DNA of 64,000 nt from the human T2T-CHM13v2.0 reference genome, Homo sapiens. The notes below the pieces were generated by a model, which was given only the letters and a program-made list of their open reading frames with translations, had not been told where the DNA came from and did not search any database. The position numbers were made by a program, and so were the translations under genes. The stretch is from the NCBI RefSeq assembly GCF_009914755.1, contig NC_060926.1, one strand, 5' to 3'. Shown here piece after piece: positions 41,640-54,576 of this stretch. Position 1 is the first letter of the stretch. Each line of letters opens with the position of its first letter.

Positions 41640-42320
41640 AAGCTTATACGTTTTCGTTAGGATTGGCTAAGGCGTGATGGTTTCAGAGAAAGATGAAGTT
41701 TCAACTGTGGTCCTCTCAGATCAGGCCTCTCGGACCGATTTTCCCAGCTCTGCGGGCGCTCTACGCGCTGGCGCGAGCCGCCCCTCAGGAGGCCACCGCC
41801 CTTCTGGGGCCGCTACCATTGGAAGCCTGGAACGCGGGGGGCGGGGCTGAGGTCGTTGGGCTCTGGCCATTCCTGGTCAGGTCCGGACAGAGGGACAACG
41901 GGGTGCTAGAGAAGGAGAGCGGGGCGGGTGAGGAAGGGGCTGAGGGGGGCTGTGCCGGCCATGGAGCTGTACCTCGGCGCCTGCTCCAAGCCTGCCAAAG
42001 TCGCCGTCACCAAGACGGTCGCCAGCGTCCTGGCCGCGGACACCCAGCAGTGCAGAGACGTGAGTGGCCGCAAGCTGGGCGGCGTCGCCCTCTGGCGGCC
42101 GCAGGCCTGCTGGGGAGCGGGGCAGGGATCGCCACACACGGGTCGCGAGGCTCCCAACTGTCCCCCGTCAGGAGGCTGCCCTCTTGCGGCGCCCGGGGGC
42201 GGTGGCGGTGGCTCGGACTGTACCGGCCGCAACTGGCAGGCGCGGGACGCCAGGAGAGCTGGTGACCAGGGAAAACGGGAGGACTTCAGGATGCCCCGAA
42301 CCCTGATTGTATAATTCTTC
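41640..42320 (+). promoter_or_regulatory. CpG island / FSIP2 promoter and 5' region
   Basis: Only GC- and CpG-dense non-Alu stretch in the window; reverse CCAAT (ATTGG 41662-41666); GC box GGGGCGGGGC near 41838; surrounds coding exon 1. Confidence 0.85.
41961..42059 (+). CDS. FSIP2: FSIP2 coding exon 1 (MELYLGACSKPAKVAVTKTVASVLAADTQQCRD)
   Basis: Strong Kozak context gccggccATGG at 41961; 99 nt; donor GAC|gtgagt; peptide recognised as the FSIP2 N-terminus; joins in frame to 8 downstream exons. Confidence 0.93.
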
Positions 42321-42411
42321 GGAGTCTTTGGTTGCAATGGAAGTAGATTGGTCTAAACTAAACTAATACTGCCTAAAAGGAAAGACAAAACTCTCCAATT
42401 GTGTCTGACAG

Positions 42412-42537
42412 GGCGTGCACAAAACCCACTTTGCAGGGGTTGGACCGGCTCAGCTACTGGACCTACCTCTCGGGGTCAAGCTGCCTGTGATCCCAGGAAG
42501 CAATGCTGTATTCTATACTACGAATTTCGGTGAAAAG
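42412..42537 (+). CDS. FSIP2: FSIP2 coding exon 2 (GVHKTHFAG...TTNFGEK)
   Basis: Acceptor ctgacag|, donor AAG|gtgaac, 126 nt, phase 0-0. Confidence 0.93.
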
Positions 42538-43637
42538 GTGAACAAGTTTTTATCGTCTTTCTTTCCTTTACCCTTTACTACTTGCTGTTTAACTCAAAGG
42601 CTGCATCATACAAAATTCATTAAAGGAATTTGCATCAACATTTACAGGAAAAAGAAAATCCCACATCTGACCGAAGGTATTGTTTAGAATGCATATGAAG
42701 CACTTTCATCTTAATGGTTTGGACATAATCATATTCCAGAAAGTTTAGATTCTTAGTCCTTAATTAACAATTCACGGTACCATATTAATATTCCTTATAA
42801 TAAAACTTCATATATACTTATATAGTAAGTTTTGATGTACTTAGAAACATGTTTAGAAGCTGAAAGGTTATTAGTGATAGCTGCCATTTAATGATATGTT
42901 ACGATTTTAACTGACAGTATCTTGGACCAAACTCTCTTCACGGGAAACATTATTTTGTTTTGAGTTGAATTCTATTTTACACATAAAGAAAAAAAAAAGA
43001 ACTGAAACAGTGGGACTTAAAATGAGTTAATATGTTTAGTACTTTAACCTTACTTTAATGAAAGAAAGCCCTGCCTCAATGAGGAAGAGACTCCATAATT
43101 TGCCCCAGCCTTTCCATCCAGCATTGTCTCCAACCAGAGAGGCTCAGCTTCTTCAAGTTGAGTCTTTCACACCTACCCATAAATACCACGCTAATACTTC
43201 AGTATTTTGTCAACTTTGCCCCCAAACCTGGCATACCTTGTCTTCTTCTCCCCAGTCTATGAATCTGAGCTATCAAGATTCTCTGAACTGTGATAACCCC
43301 CCCGTTAGCTTATTTTTGCTTAGAGTTCACGTTGCCCTTGATTTGTGTGATCTCACTTACACAAACCATAGTTAATCATACTGGATTATAGTGTGTACTT
43401 CCCTTAAGCCTTTTCATGTTTTTAGTCCTTAACACCACACCTACCCCCAAACCTCCCCAGCCTTTGACTAAATAGTCAATGCTGAAGGAGGTTTAGTACA
43501 TTCTTGTTGACTGGTTGCTTTTATCAGTTTTGCAAAAAGTTCTACAAGAAAGAATTCTAAGTGGCCCACTTACCCTTCTAATGTCTATGATGTCATCAGA
43601 AATAAATAGAACCCCTTGGTATTTGATACTTGCTTAA

Positions 43638-43980
43638 TGTCTTATACAGTTCAGGCTGTTATAACAATGTACCATAGACTGGGTGGCTTAGAAATAACGT
43701 AAATTTATTTATCATTGTTCTGGAGCTGGAAGTCCAAGATCAGGACACCAGCATGGTCAGATTCTCGTGGGGGTCCTTTGAAGTCCTTTCATTATTACCT
43801 CCCTGCATGGTAGAAAGAAGGCTGGAGAGTTCCCTGTGGTCTCTATAGGAACATTATCTCCCTTGATGAGGACTCCACCCTCATGACTTAATTATCCCCC
43901 AAGGCCCCAGCTCCTAATGCCATCACACTGAAGATTAGGATTGCATATGAATTTTGGGGGCATACAGTCAATCTAACACA
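43638..43980 (-). mobile_element. MLT1A-like MaLR LTR in FSIP2 intron 2
   Basis: ggctgttataacaatgtaccatagactgggtggctt ... ccaccctcatgacttaat. Confidence 0.8.
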
Positions 43981-46199
43981 CTAAATAAACATGATTTCTT
44001 AAAACAAGTTTTGTTTCTGAAAAAAAAGTATAATTGCTCTTTAAAAAAAACTAATCTGTTCTACTAGATTAGAGCAAGTGAACTACAAATATACCAACTT
44101 CACACAACTTGAGTCACATCCACACAAACTAACTTTGCAAAAACGTGCTTGAAATTTATTCCATTACAGGTGATATAATTCCTCTTTAGTGCATAAACTT
44201 AGAACTGTGGCTTTTGTCTCCTCCCTTAAATATATTATTTTACTCTATTGCCATTTTCTCTGTCGACCATTAATTCACTTGTCTACTACTTTTCAAAAAG
44301 ATGTTCTATTTTTTATTACATTAATTCTCCCAAAATTTATTCATTTAATGAAATTAGTCACCATATAATTTCTCAGAAGAATTTTCTCTTTCAGTGTACT
44401 CTCCTTCATGAGGTAATGGTTAATAGTCACCTTTTAAGGGCAACCAGTTATTTTAATTGTCAATAGAAAAGTTACTCTGGCTCAAATGGGTGGATTTGTT
44501 TAAAAGTGTTCTTAGTTTACAGGTCAGGAGCTCAGGTTTGGTCTTGAGAAACATATGCCTGTCACAGCTAAAAGTTAACATTTTTTAAAAGTTTACAGCT
44601 AAATGTCAACATCTGAAAGAAATATTCAATCTACTCCTTGACTTATTATTATTGATCGTTTCCCTTCCAGGAAAGATCTGGGCTTCATATGTGGATTCAC
44701 TGAATTCAAGACTCTCCCCTTTACGAGTTCTTTCTTTGCCTTCTCAGGAAAGCATTGGTAACCAGGGAATCTAGCTTTCTGATTAGGCTCCTTGGAAGGA
44801 ATTAAAGTTTAATGTTAAACAAGAGGTCAGAAACTTAAAGAAGCTTTTAAATGCAAAGGAAGAGCTAGTATCTTATTTTGTTCCTCTCATCTACCTTTTA
44901 CCCATATGCAAAGCATTCTCCTACCTACCTTTCGAGAGTTCTTATTAGGGTCCAACCCAGCCAGACTCCATAGTGTTCAGGAATTGGACTGCAACTGTGG
45001 TTACGGCCAGACTGGAAACAGAGGACCCAAATTGGTGCCTCTAGACATGTCGGGATTGGTGCTTAGTGTTGTTGTGGTAGTATAAATTGAATTTCATGCC
45101 TGCAAATAGGGCAGGTGCTCTCTGGTTTCCCATATTACCTACATACTCCAATTATCTGTCTCCTGAGCCAGTGCCTGATTTAACATATTTTGAGCTATTA
45201 TAAAACTTAGTTTTTCTGGCCCAGCAAACTTAAAACAGAAAGAAGAGATGTAAAAACAGCCTTAACACAACTTCCTACTCTTATTCTCTACTTTTTCCAT
45301 TTCAGAGGTCCCCCAATAAGCCATTATCACCATCTTGCTATTGAAAAACTGAGAACTCACACCAAAAAACTCACTTTGCTAATGTTTTAATTCATGGTGA
45401 GATTGAATAACTCAGCTGTTTTCTCTAATGCAGCAGATATAAGAAACATGACTAGAAACTGATTATCTTTTCCTCCTTTTATATGTTAATGGCTGTTGCC
45501 TAAAGGTGTATTTGGTCTTCACACAAATAGAAAAACTTCAATTTCTATAAATATTCTTTAAAATTGGTTCTTTAATAAGGTGAACTGCATAATATAGACC
45601 TCAGGTATTCTTCTTACTCTAGCACTCAGAGATTGTTGGTTCCTTGCATTAAAAACCTCAAGATGCAATGACTCTTTAACTCAAAATCGTTAACATCTAA
45701 GTTTTACTTCTACTATTTGTTAAAGTTATTTTCATAAATTTTGATGAAACATTTTGTTATTTTTGTTCATTTTAAGATGATTGAAATATAATCATAATTA
45801 CTATTAATCCTTTTATCTTTTGAATAGAATATTTTGATTCGAGAGAGGGAGAAGGAAATGAGAGAATCCTAGCGTTGGCTTTGTACCTTAAAACAAACTA
45901 TATGCTATTCCCTTTCTTTTCCTCTTCTCTTTTCTTATTTGGCTGAGAGTCAGGGGCTGAAGAGGATTAGAGGAGGAACTGATTGGGTTAAGGTGAGTCT
46001 TTGGGATAATTTATGCAGGTGAGGAGAGAGGAAAGGAAAGGCAGGAAAGCATGCCCAACTCCAATTTTTCTGTGGCTGTTTTTCCCCATTTCAGATTCTT
46101 TTGGCACATTTTATTTTCAATGAACATTCTAATCATTTTGATAGATTATTTAAAGTGAAAATGCATTAATTTTACATATTTTTGAATCTGTGTTTGCAG

Positions 46200-46361
46200 C
46201 TTTTTCGACCTTCTTATGGTTTTAACCTGACTGATCCCTATTGTCGACTTTTGGAAAACCAATATAAAAGCCTCCATGATCCACATTTAAAAGCATACTA
46301 TAAGCGCAAAGATATTTTGAAGAGATTAAAGAAAGGTGGCTACATCACCAGCAATAATAAA
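46200..46361 (+). CDS. FSIP2: FSIP2 coding exon 3 (LFRPSYGFNLTDPYC...GGYITSNNK)
   Basis: Acceptor tgtttgcag|, donor AAA|gtgggt, 162 nt, phase 0-0. Confidence 0.93.
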
Positions 46362-46911
46362 GTGGGTTGAAAATTACTTCTTTTTTTAATCAATGAAACC
46401 CTTTAAAACTTGATATAAACTTGTTTCTGTACCTCACTCGGGGGGCCTGTGTCACTTTTAACTTGGTCATGAGACAATACTTAATAGGCAGTTCTATAAA
46501 TTTCTCAGTATTTGAATCAAGAGAAATCAGACAACAGTTGTTGCTAAATGAAAGTACTTCTTCCTTCACCTTTTTTCTTTGTAATATAAAAAGATTATTG
46601 ACAAATAATTTGAGAATACAAAGATATATTATTTTCCCACGTGTATTATAGCCTTCTTTCTCTGTCTTTAATGGCACTGTATACTTGTCAAGAATTATGT
46701 TCCATATACTTTTAAAAACTTGAGATGAAACAGAAACTTAGCAAAGTTCAATCTGTCAGAACCTTGATAGAGTATATTCTTATTGGAGTCGAACAATGTT
46801 ATTACAATTATAATCCAATTACAGCTAATTGAAATTATTACTGTGATAACTAATTGTGTGCACTAAACTCCTTTTATGATATAAGTAATATTAATAAAGT
46901 AATATGTATAT

Positions 46912-47153
46912 ATTTTTTAGAGACAGGTTCTCACTTTGTTGCCTACACAGGAGTGCAATGGCGCAATCATGGCTCACTGCAGCCTGGACCTCCTGGGCTA
47001 AAGCTGTGTTCCTGCATCAGCATCCTGAGTAGCTGGGACTACAGGCACATGCCTCCCAGCTGGTTAATTTTTTTTTTTTAGAGATGGGGTCTTGCTATGT
47101 TGCCCAGGCTCATCTCAAACTCCTGGCCTCAAGAGATCCTCCTGCCTCAGCCT
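46912..47153 (-). mobile_element. AluJ-type element, partial
   Basis: Diverged Alu sequence, 5' end missing. Confidence 0.85.
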
Positions 47154-47388
47154 AAGTAATGTTTTTGGATAGAAATTTATTGCTGATTAACAAATGCAGA
47201 GAGATATTACTTACAAGATTGTTAGCAGTTTATTACTCTTTATGCCAAAATGTCATCAAATTTTATGTCACTGCTATTTTTTATTTTTAAATCAATTTAA
47301 TGATTTAAAAATATATTTAAAATATTTATATAATATTAACATATCAAACATTTTTAAAATATCCATCTGTTTTCATTTTTGTTTGTAG

Positions 47389-47478
47389 GTTGTATGTACC
47401 TTGAGAGAATTGAATAAGTACAGGCAATATCTTACCAGTTTAAAATTAGACTTTGAGAGAAACTATATAAAAGAACAA
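47389..47478 (+). CDS. FSIP2: FSIP2 coding exon 4 (VVCTLRELNKY...NYIKEQ)
   Basis: Acceptor ttttgtttgtag|, donor CAA|gtaagt, 90 nt, phase 0-0. Confidence 0.92.
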
Positions 47479-48495
47479 GTAAGTTAAATACTTAAATTTG
47501 GTTTATTTACATAGAGTTTGGAAGAAATGCTTGATTATATGTAGAGTGTTCTTCTAATAATATTTTGATCCTTTATTATTGACAAAGTAATTGAATATTT
47601 TTTCCAAGTGAAAATTTACAGTAGGAATAAACAATATTTTAATTTTGCTATAGTTGGCCAAGAATGGGAAAGGGACTGGGTTATCTATCAACACACCAGT
47701 GGTAGCTGGCATAATTCAATAACTAAATTGCTAGTCAGATGTGTTGTTTCCCCCTGAGCTAATGCCAATAACAAACATCTCTTGTGGCAGAAAGATTCTT
47801 AAATTGAAACCTAAAACAGTTTGAGCCATAGGAAAAGAACAATAATTATCTGTAGTGTTCTACAGTGATTCAAGAATATGTACACTCTGTGTTTGTACTC
47901 ATACACGTGCACCTGTAAAAATGTTGTTCTTGAATGTGAACAAAATGTTGTTCTTGAATGTGAAGTAGAATGATTGGGTGTAGAGTGAATGGTTATGGAT
48001 AGTGACTTCCTTTTGATTTTTGACTTAAAGGTGTGTGTGTGTGGGGTGTGTGTGTGTGTGTGTGTTTGTGTGAATTCAGATTTTAGGGTCAAGAGGTTTG
48101 GATCAAAGTGAGAAAGGTATATTTACATGAGTGTTTGCAAATGTATGTCCTAACAATAAAAGGGTTAAATACAAACAAGAAAGACTTTAATATATTTCTA
48201 AGTATTCTGTATTTTCCCCACTTCATTCTGTGCCCAGTGTTTCTTCTCTACTTCCTGCATATTTTTATTTAACTTATTTAGAATAGGTAGACAAATAAAC
48301 TGAAATGTTTACCTTTTATTTTCAGAGATAAATCTTAATTTTGGTTTACTTGTCTGTGTCTTTAATGGATTCAAAATAGATGTAAATGCAATTAAACAGA
48401 ATTAAGCATTTATAAAATATATAAATTTAAATGGTTTTATTTCTGGGAAATGTAAAAAGCATTATATATATGTAATACACACATTTCTTAAATAG

Positions 48496-48635
48496 AGAAT
48501 ACTTGCAAAACAACTACATAACATACCGGAAAACAATCAAATCCCTCAACATTGTGATGTTGCACAAGTCCAAAACTGGTTGTTAAAGGAGGGCACTGAA
48601 TCTATTAAGGACCAGGAGCGGCTGATGAGGCATAG
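48496..48635 (+). CDS. FSIP2: FSIP2 coding exon 5 (RILAKQLHNIPE...QERLMRH)
   Basis: Acceptor ttcttaaatag|, donor CATAG|gtaaga, 140 nt, phase 0-2, matching the phase of exon 6. Confidence 0.9.
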
Positions 48636-49735
48636 GTAAGATTAAAGTTGAGGCATATTTTATGGGTATGTTGTGGACCCAAATAAGCTGGAAAATACTA
48701 GAAAGAATTGAAGACAATTTAAGTACTGGACACCATTCTCCTGGATCCCTCAGAGTGTAGAGGAAGGAAGTGAAACCAAGAGGTGGAAGAATTTTCTACC
48801 AGAGGGGTTAGGGTTGCTGGACGCCCAAGGGATAAGCCAAACTGGTTATTGAAAGAAAAATTAGATTCAAAATCTTTCTATATTAGAATATAGAAACAAT
48901 ATATTCAAACAATATATTCAAACAGTAACAGCTTTTTAAGATTCATCTTTAAGAACTGACAGCATTTTTTGAGGAAGTTAGTGCAAAGTCAAAAAAAGTA
49001 AGTTTGGAATAACTGATGCCAATATATAAATATGTGCTGTCTATAAAAAAGATTGTAAGCTCATTTAAATATGACTCAGTCATATTCAATCATGGCCATT
49101 CCATGGACAAGCCCATTTCTTAGGAAGTAAAGGATGTTATAGTTCTTTTTCCTTCACTAGGGATGCAGTAAGGAATTGGGCTGACTTTTATTACCTGACT
49201 TTTATATTCATTCCATGGTTTCATTATATGGTATTATTGCCATAATACATATTGATGTACCAGAGATCCAGACTACAGATGAGAGATTTGTTCAAGGACT
49301 TGTAAATTACAAGGAACCCAGTGCCCAGTTTTTCTTAGAGAATTCAAATGGACTGTTTTTTTTTTTCCACATTTGAAGTTACTGTTTCAGTTATTTCAGC
49401 CTTTTTTGCAAGGTCATATTCTTAAACCTACTGAGTTATGAATGCTTACTGTGCAAAATGTTTTGAGTAACTTTGCTCTGCTTTTTACCATTATCTTTGC
49501 CATTATATCAGATACTTGTGTAGTGGAGAGACCTTATAATAAGTAAAACATGGTGAGCTGGTGGGTTAGGCTGTTTTAAAGGTTTATAAACAGGACTGAC
49601 AGAAAAACAGTAAAATTCTTGTAGTTCAAGAAATGAAAGGCAAGCAAGGAAGTGGTTTGGGAATGGCATAGCAGATGATGCCATCATAAAAGAAACAGCC
49701 AATTCACCTTTAGCAATATTTGCACTCTTACTCAG

Positions 49736-49877
49736 ATATTTGGATATGATAAGTAGAAAACTAGAACAACTTGAACGCACAGCAGAAGAACAACGCCTAT
49801 TCCTAATGGATAGAGAAGAAAGACGACAGCGGGAACACACAAGAAGAAAACTTACTCTTCGTAGAAAAATAGAAGAG
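49736..49877 (+). CDS. FSIP2: FSIP2 coding exon 6 (YLDMISRKLEQ...RRKIEE), charged coiled-coil-like
   Basis: Acceptor ctcttactcag|, donor GAG|gtgaga, 142 nt, phase 2-0. Confidence 0.92.
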
Positions 49878-50379
49878 GTGAGAGACAACAACTTTAAAAT
49901 ATTAAAAGAAAAATTGTGTACAGTTGTTGCATTTGTAAATAATTTTAACTGTACATTGTGCTGCTTGAAGTCATTTCAGTTCAAAATAATTTGTTACCAT
50001 TAAATTTTCTTCATAGCTATAATATACAAGTTGTTACATAAAATAATGAGGTGGATACCACAAAGTACGTATATAAGCCAATTTCTGCTCTTAAAGAACA
50101 GTTAGAAAGTTAACTAGACACTATTTAACTCTCTTAATGCCCTTATTGTGGAGACAAAATTTTTTTGAAATTTGGCTTTAGTAAAAAGTATCATATTTGC
50201 ATTCCTAATAAGAGTGTAGTAAGAAAAGTATATTCTAAACCGAACGTATGCCTTTCATTATGCTTAACCTGATTTCTGTTAGGCCCTGACTTGTTTAATA
50301 TACTTTTTGGTGGGACAAAATACAAAGATATTGTTGTGAAAGGCACACACACCAAGTGCAGTAACATTGTGATTTCTAG

Positions 50380-50490
50380 GAATGGAAGACAAAAGAGATG
50401 TTACTTCTGACAAGGATGGCAGAAGATGTTAAAAGAGAAGAGAGGATAGAAGAACAACAGCATAGAAACAGAGAAGAGAGTGACAGGAAG
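50380..50490 (+). CDS. FSIP2: FSIP2 coding exon 7 (EWKTKEMLLL...EESDRK)
   Basis: Acceptor gatttctag|, donor AAG|gtaggg, 111 nt, phase 0-0. Confidence 0.9.
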
Positions 50491-51329
50491 GTAGGGTGAG
50501 CTTTAACCTCTAACTTGAGCTGTTCGAAGAGAAGATTTTGTTTTGGTTTTTTGAAGTACAAATCACTTTGTGAGATGACTGTTGCCCAGTTACTCCAAAT
50601 GATATGCATGATATAAAACTGCAAGTTATGGACATTTTTAGTATTTTTGACTATCATATAAAAAGTACTGCTCTATTATGTGATATAACTATTTTTGGCT
50701 TTATTTTTACACCATAAACCATACTTGTAATTACTATGAAAAAATTAAATGACTGATTAACTTTTTTTAGAACTAGCAGTTCTTTGTCAGATTTCTCAAT
50801 TTTTCCTCACCAGTTAATTTTATTTAGCTTAACTTTTTATCTTTAATAATATATAAGATTTTGTGATTTAGAGTGTAAATCAATAAAAAGAAAGAGAAAA
50901 ATCCTACCACCACCACCCTATCAACTTTTTAGTTCTCACATATACACATACACCCCCCAACAATGTTTCCAATAATATTTATTTTTTCCAATTAATAATT
51001 AAAAACAAGCATTGCAAGCTGTTCTGTAGGCTGTTTTTTTCATGTAATAAAATGCCATTGTCAACTTAGCATGTTGATAAATGTTGATCTAAAATTCTAA
51101 ATGGCAATTTTAGGTAGGTTATTGTTAACAAACCTAGGTATGAATGTAAGATTTACACAATTTGGTTTGTATTGACATATACTGTTACATAGCAATTTTG
51201 TAAAAATATTGAAAGTTTAAATATGTATGCTTCTCTTTCATTCTGTTTGTTACCTGTACCTTTCAGTACCATCAGAGACTCACTGCTCATTTTGCAGGCT
51301 CAGCTTATTCCAATTTACCTGATTATTAT

Positions 51330-51508
51330 TTTTCTTCTTTCTTTTTTGTTTTTCTTTCTTCTTTATTTTTATTTATTTATTTATTTTTTGTAGAGACAGG
51401 TTTTTGCTATGTTGCCCAGGCTGGTCTCAAACTCCTGAGCTCAAATGATTCTCCCACCTTGTCCTCCTGAAGGGCTGGGATTACAGGTGTCAGCCACCAC
51501 GCCCAGCC
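51330..51508 (-). mobile_element. Alu left monomer / FLAM with long T-rich tail
   Basis: Monomer ending ccaccacgcccagcc; attattatt on both flanks. Confidence 0.8.
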
Positions 51509-51609
51509 ATAATTATTATTAATATTTTCTAATACTCAGTTTTTCACTATTTTTCAATAAGAAGTCTCACCAAGTTGTCCTCTTCATTTTGCTCTAAAAC
51601 TGCACATCT

Positions 51610-51645
51610 CTGGGCGGCAGAGCAAGACTCCATCTCAAAAAAAAA
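51610..51645 (+). mobile_element. Alu 3'-terminal fragment
   Basis: ctgggcggcagagcaagactccatctc followed by an A tail. Confidence 0.7.
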
Positions 51646-52039
51646 GAGAAAGTATCTTTGTTTTCCAGAAGCAATTGAATGCACTAGATTCTTCTCCTTT
51701 TGCCTAATGTCAATTACTACCCAAAGAATGTTGGTCAGTTTTAGTGAAGACTAATGCAACTGATCAAATCAGCCTGGGAGGAGTGCCCATTAGACGTGGT
51801 CACTGACTGTAAGCATGATAACACCACAGGCTGCCTAAGCTGTGCTAATGGCAGAGCCATTTGAACACTGATATTTCCAATGGAGTTATTTTACAATTGT
51901 CTTTTGTGAATCTTGTTTTACTGTAAGAAATTTTGAATTCCTTTGTGTTTCATTACATTATTATGTCATGATTTTCAGATTTGACATTATATATTTTTTC
52001 ACTGCAAATTATGTCTTATCATAGTTTAGATTTTGCTCT

Positions 52040-54525
52040 TAATATCTTTGTCAAAAATTATTTGTATGGATCTATTTTTGGACTCTCTTCTATTCTTTGA
52101 CCTATTTGTTTGATTGCTGTACCTTTAACAATTCTTTGAATCTGTCATGTCAGTCTTACACATTTTTCTATTTCAGTTGTTTTAGTTAATCCCAAGCCCT
52201 TTGTATTTCCATATAAATTATAACATCAGCTTATTAATTTCTACCAAAACGTCTTGCTGAGTTTTTTTAATTGGATTTGCATTAACTCTATAGGTCAGTT
52301 TGGGCACAATTTACCTCTTTATAATATTGAGTTTTTCAACTCATGAACCACATATGTCGCTCCATTTATGTAGGTCTTCTTAATTTCTCTTAACAGTGCT
52401 ATGTAGTTTGCAGTGTACTGTTCTTATATATCTTTTCATAAATTCATCCCTAGGTATTTCATACATTTTATGCTATTGTAATTTATATTTCTTAAATTTC
52501 AAACTTTGAATACTTAATGCTAGCATTTAGAAAAACATCTGATTTATTTATATTCATCTTGTGTCTTGCATTGTTAACAATCAATAATCAGTTCTAGTAG
52601 TTCTTTTTTCTAGATGCCAATTAATAGTTTACATAGATGATCATTTCTGTGAATAAAGGGAGTTTTATTTCTTCTGATGAGTTCCTTTAATTTTTTTTTC
52701 TTTCTTGATCACACTGCTTGAAACCTTCAGTATAATGCTGAATAGAAGCAGACATACTAGCTATTTTTGACTGGTGATTTGTTTGTTAGTGGCTCTCTTT
52801 GCTAGTGATCTCAAGGGGAAAGGATTAAGTCGTCGCCATTAATTTTAGGGTTAGGTATGGGTTTTTTTTACAGGTGTCATTCATTGGGATGAGGAAATTT
52901 TCTTATATTTCTAGTTTGCTGAACATTTCTATCAGAAATGGATGTAAGATTTTGTCAAACATTTTCTTCTGTGGTTTTATTGAATTCATATGTAGGTTTT
53001 CCTTTGTGGTTCATTGCTTAGTAGATAACATAAATTGATTTTTGAATGTTAAATGAATCCTGAACAAAAGATCATTAAACAAATATACTTGGTCTGATTG
53101 TATTATCATTTTACATATTGTTGTATTAAATTTGCCAACATTTTGTTTAGAATTTTGCACTAGAGATGTTAGTGCAAAATGTAGTTTTCTTGCACTACCC
53201 TTCTCTGATTTTGGTATCAGGGTAATGCTGGCCTTATACCATAAATCTCTATGTATTCCATCTTCAGATTTTTGAAAAAATTATTTTAGAATTGGTATTG
53301 TTTATTTTTTATATATTTTATGGAATTTATCAGTGAAGACATTTGGGTATGAGGTTTCTTTGTGGGGAGATACTTAACTACATACCTATTCAAAACATTC
53401 TTTTTAAAAGTTTTGATAGTGTATTCTAGGAATTGTTTCATTTCATCTGATTTGTGGGATTTATTGACAAAGTTGTTTATAACATTCCTTTGTTATCATT
53501 TGAGTATTTCTAGACTCTGGTGATGTCACCCACTTTCCTTACTGATATGGTAATTTGTAACTTCTTTTTTCCTTATCAGTCCTGGCTAGAGTTGCTTTTT
53601 CTTTTTCTTCTTATTTCTCTTTTTCTGATTTTCTCCAACTGCTAGTTTTTAGTTTTAATGCATTTCTCTGTTTTTTTTTTTTTCTATTTTGTTGATTTCT
53701 GTTCTGATCTTTTTGTTAAATACCTTTTTTCTTTTTAGGTGGAAGTCATTAATTCAAGACCCTTCCTCTTTTCTAATACAGAAATTTAGTACTCTAAGTT
53801 TTTCCCTAACACTGGTCTATCAAGAGTCCCCAGATTTTTTTTGATATACGATGTTTTATATTTATTCAATTCAAAATACTTTAATTTCCCTTTTAATTTT
53901 ATGTTTGATTCATTGGTTACTTAAAAATGTGTCATTTAGCTTCTAAATATTTGGAGTGTGTCCAAGATCTTTCTGTTATTGATTTCAAATTTGCTTTTAT
54001 TGTAGTCAGAGAAAAGACTTTTATTTCCCAAATCTTTTTAAATATATTGAGATTATTTTATCATCCCAAACTCTGGTCATTTTGGGTAAATTACGAATGT
54101 ACACCTGAAAAAAACTTCTTTCTACTGTTGTTGGGTGAAGTATTTTATAACTGTTCTCTAGATATCAAGTTCATTGATAGAATTGTTCAAATCCAAGTCC
54201 TAGCTCAATTTCTGTCTACTTGTTCTCTCAATTATTGAGAGAAAGAGTTATTAAAATCTCTGACTATATTTTTGGATTTGTCTAGTATCTCAGTTTTTGT
54301 TTTATTTGAAGCTCAGTATTAGGTAAAAAATGGCTAGAATTGTTATGTCTGTTGGTGATTTGATTTGTTTATTGTTATGAAAATATTTTATTTTCCTGTT
54401 ATTATTCTTTGCTCTAATATTACATGTAATATTAACATTGCCACTTCAGCTTTACTTTGATTACTGTTAGCACGGCATATTATTTTCTTGTGTTTTACTT
54501 TTAAGACCAAATTTGGGTCTTTATT

Positions 54526-54576
<51 letters not shown>

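Noticed and set aside
31100-41640. Possible divergent antisense lncRNA from the CpG-island promoter
   Set aside because: Plausible, but exons cannot be defined from sequence alone
41877-42337. Several overlapping ORFs on both strands (86, 143, 80 aa, and the unspliced 128 and 190 aa forms)
   Set aside because: GC-rich CpG-island sequence is depleted in stop codons; only the spliced FSIP2 frame has consistent splice-phase support
49508-50657. Minus-strand ORFs (127 and 93 aa) over exons 6 and 7
   Set aside because: Antisense shadows of purine-rich coding exons
53152-53180. 11-bp inverted repeat ATTTTGCACTA / TAGTGCAAAAT
   Set aside because: Short, AT-rich and inside an old L1; weak on its own
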